A DNA stretch of 32,000 nt from Geotalea uraniireducens Rf4 (GTDB lineage: Bacteria; Desulfobacterota; Desulfuromonadia; Geobacterales; Geobacteraceae). The notes under the pieces are model-generated. The model made no database searches. It was not told the origin of the DNA and worked only from the letters and a program-made list of their open reading frames with translations. A program made the translations under genes and the position numbers. Positions 15,988 to 23,701 of the stretch are shown here, piece after piece. Each line of letters opens with the position of its first letter. Positions within the stretch are counted from its first letter, which is position 1. The stretch covers positions 2,910,001-2,942,000 of the forward strand of contig NC_009483.1 in assembly GCF_000016745.1 (NCBI RefSeq), read 5' to 3'.

Positions 15988-16100
15988 CTCATCCGTTTCA
16001 GGAAAAGTCCAATAGAAGTCTATGGGTATTTAACGTTTTGCACAAATAATAAGCAGAACAATGTTAACGCTTACTAACTACATAACCGTAACAAAAGTGC

Positions 16101-16134
16101 ATCAAAAAGGCCGCACCTGTTGTCAGATGCGGCC
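16101..16134 (-). terminator. Rho-independent terminator downstream of the transglutaminase-like gene
   Basis: The stem GGCCGCA (16109-16115) pairs with TGCGGCC (16128-16134), with an inner CTG/CAG pairing. On the minus strand a T5 run follows (plus-strand AAAAA at 16104-16108). Confidence 0.6.
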
Positions 16135-16194
16135 GGTCGTATCAAACGGATAAGCAGCCATCGTCAGCCGACTGACGGCCACCATGTCACATCA

Positions 16195-17211
16195 CTACTT
16201 CTCGCGATAAATTATTTTGTAGGTAAACGACTTCGGATCAAGCCAGTCTACGGTTTTGCCCCCCACCTCGGCATAAGGATAGCCGAAGGTGTTGAGCGGC
16301 GCCCCGGCCTGGAGCGGATTGAGAATCAGATCGCGGCCGACCGCAAGCCTGACGCGGTACGGATCGATGCCGCCCCAAAAATAATCGTGATATTCCCTGG
16401 TCTTGGCGTCTTCGGGTTTCAGCTTTTCCACGAGCATTGCCTTGCGCACATCCGCCGGATCGGCCGGCACCCATCCGTAACCGGGAAGAAAGAACTCCGC
16501 CCAGCAGTGCTGCCAACCGGTGATGTCTTCCTCAGCCTTCTTGCCGAGGCGAATGCCGAAAATTTCCCGGGCCGGCACACCGGCTGCCCGTGCCAGAGCA
16601 ATGAAGACCGAAGAAATATCCGTACATTTGCCGCCCGGCTTTTTCAAAAGAGCGCAGACATCCCCTTTGCCGCAACCGCGGGTGTCCGGATCGCGGTAAG
16701 TATTCTCGCAGGTCCAGTCATAGATTGCCTTTGCCTTTTCCAGCACGCTCTTTTTCCCGTTGGTTATCTTGTCCGCAAGCTGCTTTATTTCACCGTCGAC
16801 GGGACCGAGGCTGGTGGCCGCCAGGTATCGGCTGTAATCAAGCGGGCTCCAGGCAGCCTCTGTGGCGGGAAAATCACGACGTATCATCTCCTGCCTTTCA
16901 ACGGCAAAGGAAAATGACAGTTTACGGCTCCGGGCATCTTTGTCCCACTGTGCGTAAAGCATGGGAGTGCCGTAGGTACGATCGGTATAAACCGCAGACG
17001 TGGCATAATCGCCAATAACCTTCACGTCGGTGACGACCTGATCGACATCGGAAACCGGATAAGGAAGCCAGAGTTTCGTTTCCTTACCCGCGTCCCGGGC
17101 CGAAAGATCGACCTCGATAGTCACTACCCCTCCCCTGCTCTTGGCCCACGCCGCAGGAGCGGCAGCCACAAACATCACAACAACCAGCAACAACAGTAAT
17201 CTCTTCATCAT
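16195..17211 (-). CDS. Secreted transglutaminase-like (cysteine-protease fold) domain protein
   Basis: A Sec signal peptide (MMKRLLLLLVVVMFVAAAPAAWA) is present. The transglutaminase-core Cys/His/Asp pattern is GGKCTDISSVF, WQHCWAEFF and WVPADPAD. Confidence 0.8.
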   Translation of the reverse strand: MMKRLLLLLVVVMFVAAAPAAWAKSRGGVVTIEVDLSARDAGKETKLWLPYPVSDVDQVVTDVKVIGDYATSAVYTDRTYGTPMLYAQWDKDARSRKLSFSFAVERQEMIRRDFPATEAAWSPLDYSRYLAATSLGPVDGEIKQLADKITNGKKSVLEKAKAIYDWTCENTYRDPDTRGCGKGDVCALLKKPGGKCTDISSVFIALARAAGVPAREIFGIRLGKKAEEDITGWQHCWAEFFLPGYGWVPADPADVRKAMLVEKLKPEDAKTREYHDYFWGGIDPYRVRLAVGRDLILNPLQAGAPLNTFGYPYAEVGGKTVDWLDPKSFTYKIIYREK

Positions 17212-17233
17212 GCATCCCTTTCCTGAATCAGTG

Positions 17234-17992
17234 TTATTTCTCCACCGGCAGTTTCGCTTCCTTCCACTCCGTGAAAATAGTTTGATAAATGGTTGGATAT
17301 GCCAGTTTCATCAGCTTCCGATACGCCATATAGCTCCGTCCCCCCGTATTGCAGTACACTATGATCTTTTTCTCTTTGGGCAATACCCCCGATTTTACGG
17401 CAAAGGTCTCGGCCGGGATGTTGATGGCGGTGGGAATGTGTCCTTCCTCAAACTCGAACTCATCACGCACATCAACGAGCACGTAATCCTGCTTTTTTTC
17501 TTTTATGAACTTTTCGATATCGGCTGGAGACAATTTCGACGTCTCGATTTTTTTCGCATAATCGGGCCCGGCAACAATCGGCATCCCCTTCTCTTCCCAG
17601 ACAGGAAATCCTTCGCTGTAGAGGAGAATATTGTCGTATCCCGCAGCTTGCGCTTTGACGGCTACCTTCTTGCTCTTGCCGCACTTGATGCCATTGCAAT
17701 AGACAATCATCAGGGAATGTTTATCGACGGGCAGAAGGGAAACGAGTCCATCGAAGTCTTTATCGGGAATGTTGATCGCCTTGCCGATATGGGCTTCCTG
17801 GTATTCTGCCTTGGTCCGTGCGTCAATCAGGATAAATGCCTTATTCTCATCGACCATATCCTTCAACCTTTCACTGGAAATGCTTTTGAACTCCGCTTCG
17901 GCTGCCGGCAGCGGAGCTGAAACCGCCAGCAGCAAAAAAAGGCCGATCATCGGCATCAGATACTTACGGATTAAACGTGTGGGTGAATACAT
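17234..17992 (-). CDS. Periplasmic tandem rhodanese-domain sulfurtransferase
   Basis: It has a signal peptide and two rhodanese modules with active-site loops VYCNGIKCGKS and VYCNTGGRSYMA. A strong SD (AAGGAGGA) precedes ATG 17992. It lies 22 nt upstream of the transglutaminase-like gene. Confidence 0.85.
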   Translation of the reverse strand: MYSPTRLIRKYLMPMIGLFLLLAVSAPLPAAEAEFKSISSERLKDMVDENKAFILIDARTKAEYQEAHIGKAINIPDKDFDGLVSLLPVDKHSLMIVYCNGIKCGKSKKVAVKAQAAGYDNILLYSEGFPVWEEKGMPIVAGPDYAKKIETSKLSPADIEKFIKEKKQDYVLVDVRDEFEFEEGHIPTAINIPAETFAVKSGVLPKEKKIIVYCNTGGRSYMAYRKLMKLAYPTIYQTIFTEWKEAKLPVEK

Positions 17993-18084
17993 TGCATCCT
18001 CCTTATTTTTAAAATGGGTAATATCAATAAGCCGATTGACAGCAGAGAGTCAAATTGATAATTTTGATATATCCAATAACATCT

Positions 18085-18099
18085 ATCGTTATTAACGAT
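18085..18099. promoter_or_regulatory. LysR-type T-N11-A dyad (ATC-N9-GAT)
   Basis: ATCGTTATTAACGAT is a perfect 7-1-7 palindrome that abuts ATG 18100 of the LysR gene. Further ATTGA/TCAAT half-sites occur at 18023-18070 in the divergent intergenic region. Confidence 0.4.
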
Positions 18100-19014
18100 A
18101 TGGAGTGGACTTTGAACCTCAAGCAATTGGAAGTATTTCTCGCAGTGGCAGAAAGCGGCAGCTTCTCCAAAGGGGCCGAGGCGACTTTTATCACCCAGTC
18201 CACGGTAAGCCAGCACATATCCGCCCTGGAAAAGGAGTTTGGCGTCAAGCTTCTCGACCGGACCGGCAAGGGTGCGCTTTTAACCGAGGGGGGAAAAATT
18301 CTGCTGCAACATGCGCGGCAGATTATTGCCGACACGCGCCATATGACTACGGCCATGAACCGTTTCAAGGGGGTGGAACATACCTCCCTAATAGTCGGCG
18401 GCAGCAACATTCCCGGTGATCACATGCTTCCCGATGCCCTGCCTTTGCTCCTCCAACGTTTTCCCACCTTGACCGTCACCGTTTTGCATAGCGACAGCCA
18501 TGAAATCCTGGACAAGATAAGCAAGGAAGAGATCGAAATCGGAATCGTCGGAAGTCGATTTGAAGAAGAAGGCTTCACCTTCACCCCCCTCGGTCACGAC
18601 GAGATCAAACTCGCGGTAAGCCCTCGGCACCGATGGAATGGACGCAATGGGATAAGTATTTCCGAGCTTGGAGAAGAGACGTATGTGCTCCGCGAACCGG
18701 GATCGGGGACTGGAAAAACCGTCAAGGAAGCGTTGTCAAAGGCGGGTATCGACATTGCCGATCTGAAGGTGAAGGCGTTCATCGGCAGCAACGAGGCAAT
18801 TAAATACGCGGTCGGAAGCGGCCTCGGCATATCTTTCGTTTCCGAAATATCCATAAGGAAAGAGATTGGCCGGGGAGAGCTTGCAGCCCTGCATATCAAA
18901 GGGGTGAACTTGTCGCGCCAATTCTACCTGGCACAGCGGTCAGGACGTGAGCTGTCGCCTGCAGCCGCGGCCTTTGCGGAAATACTTTTGCAGATGTACG
19001 GTTTGCCTCAGTAG
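18100..19014 (+). CDS. LysR family transcriptional regulator
   Basis: MEWTLNLKQLEVFLAVAESGSFSKGAEATFITQSTVSQHISALEKEFGVKLLDRTGKG is a typical LysR HTH, followed by a substrate-binding domain. The start is set at ATG 18100. The ORF-track start at 18055 adds an implausible hydrophobic leader. Confidence 0.88.
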   Translation: MEWTLNLKQLEVFLAVAESGSFSKGAEATFITQSTVSQHISALEKEFGVKLLDRTGKGALLTEGGKILLQHARQIIADTRHMTTAMNRFKGVEHTSLIVGGSNIPGDHMLPDALPLLLQRFPTLTVTVLHSDSHEILDKISKEEIEIGIVGSRFEEEGFTFTPLGHDEIKLAVSPRHRWNGRNGISISELGEETYVLREPGSGTGKTVKEALSKAGIDIADLKVKAFIGSNEAIKYAVGSGLGISFVSEISIRKEIGRGELAALHIKGVNLSRQFYLAQRSGRELSPAAAAFAEILLQMYGLPQ

Positions 19015-19079
19015 TGTCCGTTAGATAATTGCACTGACTCTCCAAGCCATAAAAACCAGCACATTGCACCCTCCCCCAA

Positions 19080-19135
19080 CCCCTCCCATCAAGGGAGGGG
19101 AGCTTTAAAGTCCCCTCGCCCCTTGTGGGAGAGGG
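19080..19135. repeat. GC-rich REP-like hairpin pair between convergent genes
   Basis: CCCCTCCC-atcaa-GGGAGGGG at 19080-19100 is a perfect 8-bp stem. An imperfect hairpin CCCCTCGCCCC-ttgt-GGGAGAGGG lies at about 19112-19135. The motif resembles the CCCTCTCCCACAAGGGG(C/A)GAGGG-type intergenic repeats common in proteobacterial genomes. Confidence 0.5.
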
Positions 19136-19300
19136 CTAGGGTGAGGGGGGAAGTGCGGATGCAAAAACCTAACGGATAGTGCTGGGTTTGCCTGAAAGTG
19201 AGGGGAATCGTTCCCAGGAAGAAAAGATGAAAATACCGCAAGAGATATGAATTGGTATTTCGCCTCCGACATACGAACCGTCAGTTGAAACGGTCGACAG

Positions 19301-19627
19301 CTATTCGTCCTGGAAAGAGCGCAGTTTCTTCCGCTGGGAAACGGCCTTTTTGTCGGTGAGCCTTTGTTCCTTTGCCTTGCGCGGCACCCTGGATGCAACC
19401 CGCTTTTTCACCTTGCGCTCACGCTTGAGCAACGCCTCCTGTAACCGGTGCATGGCCACCTCGCGGTTTTGCGCCTGAGAGCGGCTTTCAGAAGCCTGAA
19501 CAACGATGCCGGTAGGAAGATGGCGGATGCGTACCGCAGAATCGGTGGTGTTCCTGTGTTGGCCTCCGGGTCCTGAAGCACGGTAAAACTCTATCTTAAT
19601 GTCGCTCTCTTTTATTTCCATGGCCAT
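19301..19627 (-). CDS. arfB: Peptidyl-tRNA hydrolase ArfB-like (class I release-factor GGQ domain with a basic C-terminal tail)
   Basis: [43 protein letters not shown] contains the GGQ motif, and the C-terminus is rich in Lys/Arg. The start is set at ATG 19627 (or 19621). The ORF-track start at 19792 would overlap the divergent HD gene. Confidence 0.7.
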   Translation of the reverse strand: MAMEIKESDIKIEFYRASGPGGQHRNTTDSAVRIRHLPTGIVVQASESRSQAQNREVAMHRLQEALLKRERKVKKRVASRVPRKAKEQRLTDKKAVSQRKKLRSFQDE

Positions 19628-19723
19628 AGATAACCCGATAACCCTTCTCACCCATATTTTCCGCATTGACTTGCAGGATACAGTCGTATTAATAATAACC
19701 TTAAATTTCTCCGGGGTAAACAG

Positions 19724-20266
19724 ATGGATGCAATCGCTCTTCTGAAAAAGTATTTTGTAAACCAGGAAGCGTTCGAAATTGTTGCGAAACACAGCCGCAT
19801 GGTCGCAGACAAGGCCTTGGGAATTGCCTCGGCTCTAAATGCCGGGATTGATTTAACCTTTATCGAAGAAGCGGCCCTGGTTCACGACATCGGTGTTTCA
19901 AAGATTTATGCCCCGAAGTTGAACTGCTATGGCAAGTCCCCTTACATATGCCATGGCGTGCTGGGGAGGGAGATTCTCGAAAAGGAAGGCTTTCCTGTTC
20001 ACGCCATGGTGTGTGAGCGCCATATCGGCGTCGGGCTCACAGTGGATGATATTATCCGGCAAAAAATGCCCCTGCCGGTCAGGGAAATGTGCCCACTCAG
20101 CCAGGAAGAAAAGATTATCTGCTTTGCCGACCTGTATTATTCCAAAAACCCTGAGAGCCTTTCCAGAGAAAACTCCCATGAGGAAGTGAGAACCGCCCTG
20201 AAGAAGTTCGGTACGCACAAGGTCGCTATTTTCGATCAGTGGCTTGCTGAATTGGGAAAGCCCTGA
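19724..20266 (+). CDS. HD/HDIG domain phosphohydrolase
   Basis: 180 aa with H...HD (KHS...LVHDIG) and later CHGVLG and ERHIGVG His residues, as is typical of HD-superfamily metal sites. Confidence 0.75.
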   Translation: MDAIALLKKYFVNQEAFEIVAKHSRMVADKALGIASALNAGIDLTFIEEAALVHDIGVSKIYAPKLNCYGKSPYICHGVLGREILEKEGFPVHAMVCERHIGVGLTVDDIIRQKMPLPVREMCPLSQEEKIICFADLYYSKNPESLSRENSHEEVRTALKKFGTHKVAIFDQWLAELGKP

Positions 20267-20501
20267 AAATTCCCGACCCTGTACCGGACTATTTATTGGC
20301 TCTCCTGACCGCATATATGCAGCCGAACTGTCTTCGATCAAGCCCAGGCCCCCATTGTAAATATATACCAATGTTACCCTGGATACAGACACAAGATTGT
20401 GTTATAATTTTTTAAGAAACAATCACAATAAGCTGTATGCAAACATGACTTGTCTATACAGTCACAAATTTTGCGAAAGATATATGTACGGAGATGCCTT
20501 T

Positions 20502-22415
20502 ATGAGTACACCGCTCCGAGTTTTAATAGTTGATTTCTCTGAAGACGATGTCGGACTTTTGGTCAGGGCACTTCAAGCCTGTGGCTATGATCCGGCATAT
20601 GATGTGGTTGAAACGTATGCGGCGATGAAGGAAGCAATCGTCAACCACTCATGGGACGTTGTCATTTCAAAATACGCCCTCCCCTTCTTCAACGCCCGCT
20701 CAGCCTTGTCCTTATGCAGGGAAATCAATCAGGACCTGCCGTTCATGATTATCTCCGATTCGACCGACGAATATACGGCAGCCCAGGCCATGACACCCGC
20801 AGCCAACGATTATTTCCTGAAAGCGTATCTGACACGATTGGTCCCGGCCGTTAAACGGGAACTGCAGGAGGCTGAGGAACGGCGCAAACGGAGGGATGCG
20901 GAAGAGGCCCTCGTCCGGAGTGAGCATAGGTACAAGCGGCTTGTCGCGGCAGTCACAGACTACATTTACACCGTCAAAATCGAGAATGGGCAGGTGAGCA
21001 GTACTTCGCATGGGCCGGGTTGTGTGACGGTAACCGGCTATACTCCTGAGGAATACCATGATAACCAGCATCTCTGGTATCAGATGATTCTCGAAGATGA
21101 CCGTCAGAGGGTGATGGAGCATGCCGGCGCGCTCCTTTCGGGCATGGATGTTCCGTCCATCGAGCATCGCATTATCCATAAGGATGACTCAATCCGCTGG
21201 GTAAAGAACACCATCGTTCCACGACACAACGAACTGGGCTCACTTGTTGGATACGATGGCCTTATTTCAGACATCACCGAACGCAAGCAGGCTGAAACGT
21301 CTCTCCGTCTCCAGAGCGCAGCATTGGAAGCCGCAGCCAACGCCATTGTCATAACCGATCACACTGGCGACATCATCTGGGTAAATCCGGCTTTTACCCT
21401 GCTCACAGGTTATTGCCAGGAAGAAGTCGTCCACCAGAATCTTCGTTTTCTCAAATCCGGCAAACATGATGACGGGTTCTATCGGCACCTGTGGGAAACA
21501 ATCAATAGCGGCATGGTCTGGCACGGCGAAACAACAAACCGGCACAAAAGCGGCTATTATTACCTGGAGGAACAGACCATTACTCCCGTAATGGATGAAA
21601 GAGGGAAAATATGTCATTTTGTTGCCGTAAAACAGAACATTACAGAACGTAAGCTGGCGGAAAAGGCCCTTTTGGAGAACATCCAGATGTCACGGGAGAT
21701 GGAAATCGCCAAGCGGATACAGCTTTCCCTCCTGCCGGCATTTCCTCCCAAGCTGTACGGTGTCCAGTGCGCCAGCCGATGTGTGCCGGCCACCCACGTT
21801 GGTGGTGATTACTATGATTTTTTCCACCACAGTGAAAACAGCATTGACATGGTTATTGCCGACGTTTCCGGGCACAGTGTCGGTGCAGCACTTATAATGG
21901 CTGAAACACGCAGTGCTTTGCGGGTACAGGTCAATGCCGCCAATTCGACGACTACGATCCTGTCCGACCTCAATGATCTTCTATTCGAAGATCTGAGCAA
22001 GGCGGAACTTTTCATCAGCATGTTTTACATCAAATACAATTCCCTCAAACGTCAGCTCACCTATTCCAATGCAGGGCACAATCCCCCCTTGCTGTTCCGC
22101 CCAAGCGAAATGTCTTTCACCGAACTTGACGCGGAAGGATTGATCCTCGGGGTACAACGAGACGTTGATTTTGAGGAAAAGAATATCCAGCTTTACGTAG
22201 GGGACCTTTTGGTACTCTATACAGACGGCATTGTTGAAGCGCGAAATGCAACCGGCGATTTCTTCGGCCGGGAACGTCTCTGCACTGTTCTCGCCGATAA
22301 ACATAACGACGCACCGGAAACGGTTGTGAATGCCGTACTTGAAGAAATAGCCTGTTTTACCGGCACCACGGTATTCCAGGACGACATATCATTGGTCATT
22401 CTCAAGACAGTGTGA
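20502..22415 (+). CDS. Receiver-like domain / PAS / PAS / PP2C (SpoIIE, RsbU-type) serine phosphatase
   Basis: The N-terminal CheY-like fold is RVLIVDFSEDD...DVVISKYALP...FMIISDS...YFLKAY. Two PAS modules follow (including NAIVITDHTGDIIWVNPAFTLLTGY). The C-terminal PP2C has GGDYYDF, VIADVSGHSVGAAL and LVLYTDGIVEA. ATG 20502 is preceded by GGAG 8 nt upstream. Confidence 0.88.
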   Translation: MSTPLRVLIVDFSEDDVGLLVRALQACGYDPAYDVVETYAAMKEAIVNHSWDVVISKYALPFFNARSALSLCREINQDLPFMIISDSTDEYTAAQAMTPAANDYFLKAYLTRLVPAVKRELQEAEERRKRRDAEEALVRSEHRYKRLVAAVTDYIYTVKIENGQVSSTSHGPGCVTVTGYTPEEYHDNQHLWYQMILEDDRQRVMEHAGALLSGMDVPSIEHRIIHKDDSIRWVKNTIVPRHNELGSLVGYDGLISDITERKQAETSLRLQSAALEAAANAIVITDHTGDIIWVNPAFTLLTGYCQEEVVHQNLRFLKSGKHDDGFYRHLWETINSGMVWHGETTNRHKSGYYYLEEQTITPVMDERGKICHFVAVKQNITERKLAEKALLENIQMSREMEIAKRIQLSLLPAFPPKLYGVQCASRCVPATHVGGDYYDFFHHSENSIDMVIADVSGHSVGAALIMAETRSALRVQVNAANSTTTILSDLNDLLFEDLSKAELFISMFYIKYNSLKRQLTYSNAGHNPPLLFRPSEMSFTELDAEGLILGVQRDVDFEEKNIQLYVGDLLVLYTDGIVEARNATGDFFGRERLCTVLADKHNDAPETVVNAVLEEIACFTGTTVFQDDISLVILKTV

Positions 22416-22451
22416 TTCGCGCAATATATAAAAACGGAAACGAAACCGCAG

Positions 22452-22520
22452 AACAGAGAGCCACTGTGAGCAGAGAGAAAAATCTCTGTCTCTTCAGTGG
22501 CTCTCTGTTTTCTGGTTTTA
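22452..22520 (+). terminator. Long compound hairpin / rho-independent terminator after the phosphatase gene
   Basis: A perfect 15-bp stem pairs AACAGAGAGCCACTG (22452-22466) with CAGTGGCTCTCTGTT (22495-22509). It encloses an inner CAGAGA/TCTCTG hairpin and is followed by the T-rich TTCTGGTTTT. Confidence 0.6.
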
Positions 22521-22598
22521 ATGTCTTTTTTGGGTTATAGTTTCTTTGTTCTTGTTATGCCTGCTGTATTGAAATTATTAATAATCAGGGGGGGAAGA

Positions 22599-23690
22599 AT
22601 GGCAAAAAAGATATTTATCGGTGCAACTGGTCAGAACTGTGGAAAGACCACCATAAGTGTATCTCTCATGCACCTGGCACGAAAGAAATACAACAAGGTG
22701 GGTTTCATCAAGCCGATCGGGCCTAAGATCGAGATTTACGATGACTTTATCGTGGACATGGATGCCGTGCTCATGGCAAAGGCATTCGGCCTGGAGGAAG
22801 ACATCGCCATCATGTCTCCGGTTGCGCTCCACAAAGACTTTACAAAAGATTATCTGAACGGCAGACTGGATGACCTCTCTCTCAGCGATTGCATTGTCGA
22901 GGCTGTCGAAGAACTCGACAGCAAATATGACTTATTGATTATCGAAGGTGCGGGACATGGGGGCGTAGGTTCGGTTATCGGCCTGAACAACGCCAGGGTG
23001 GCAAAAATGCTTAATGCCCCGGTCGTCATTGTCACCGACAGCGGCATAGGGAGGGTCATCGATGCGGTCCACCTGAACCTGGCCCTCTACGAACGGGAAC
23101 AGGCCGATGTTCGCGCAATCATCGTCAACAAGCTGCTCCCCAAGAAGCGGGAATCGGTCCTTGGTTACCTGGGAAAGGCATTTGTGAACACCGGCCTGCA
23201 GGTTATCGGCGGGTTCAACTTTTCGCCGGTCCTCGCCAATCCGACCCTCGGCCATATCTGCAAACTGCTTAAATTGCCACTGCATGGCAATCAAGACGAA
23301 AAGAGCCGCATCATCAACCATATTCAACTGGGAGCAGCCTCTTCCCAGCGGGTCATCGACGGGCTGCTCGATTCCACCCTGTTGATCCTGACCAGCTCCA
23401 GGGACGAGTTGATCGTAACCCTGGCTTCACTCTATCATATCCCGGAATACAAGGCCCAGATAGCCGGACTGGTGATAGCCGGACATGTGCCGGTGTCAAA
23501 GATCAGCCAGCAAATACTGGATGACAGCAATATCCCGTACATTCGCGTCGAAAAGACAACAGCCACCGTATTCACCGCCCTGTCGGAAGACGTCTCGAAA
23601 ATTACCGCCGAGGACCAGGAAAAATTGAACTGGATCAAGACGAATGCCGAAAGGGATGTGGATTTCGCGACGATCGATGCGTTGCTGTGA
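22599..23690 (+). CDS. BioD-like P-loop + DRTGG domain protein resembling the N-terminal (non-catalytic) half of long-form phosphotransacetylase
   Basis: MAKKIFIGATGQNCGKTTISVSL (P-loop), IIEGAGHGG and LLILTSSRDELIV (DRTGG-like) are present. The protein is collinear with the remembered E. coli Pta N-terminal region, but no PTA_PTB catalytic domain follows. ATG 22599 is preceded by a G7-containing SD (GGGGGGGAAG). Confidence 0.55.
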   Translation: MAKKIFIGATGQNCGKTTISVSLMHLARKKYNKVGFIKPIGPKIEIYDDFIVDMDAVLMAKAFGLEEDIAIMSPVALHKDFTKDYLNGRLDDLSLSDCIVEAVEELDSKYDLLIIEGAGHGGVGSVIGLNNARVAKMLNAPVVIVTDSGIGRVIDAVHLNLALYEREQADVRAIIVNKLLPKKRESVLGYLGKAFVNTGLQVIGGFNFSPVLANPTLGHICKLLKLPLHGNQDEKSRIINHIQLGAASSQRVIDGLLDSTLLILTSSRDELIVTLASLYHIPEYKAQIAGLVIAGHVPVSKISQQILDDSNIPYIRVEKTTATVFTALSEDVSKITAEDQEKLNWIKTNAERDVDFATIDALL

Positions 23691-23701
23691 CGAGGAAGAT
23701 A

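Noticed and set aside
15720-16194. Chromosomal replication origin (oriC)
   Set aside because: There are only three or four DnaA-box-like sites, no obvious tandem AT-rich 13-mer unwinding element, and no dnaA/dnaN/gidA context. It is kept only as a low-confidence regulatory or titration-site finding.
16120-17920. Long plus-strand ORFs 16120..16917 (265 aa) and 17141..17920 (259 aa)
   Set aside because: They lie antisense to the transglutaminase-like and rhodanese genes, which have signal peptides, catalytic motifs and a strong SD. The plus-strand translations are Arg/Pro/Gly-rich or otherwise low-complexity and have no motifs.
19105-19398. 97-aa minus-strand ORF ending in ...PHPSPLPQGARGL
   Set aside because: It is generated by read-through of the REP-like GC-rich hairpin repeat and overlaps the 3-prime end of the ArfB-like gene. 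This is a classic artefact.
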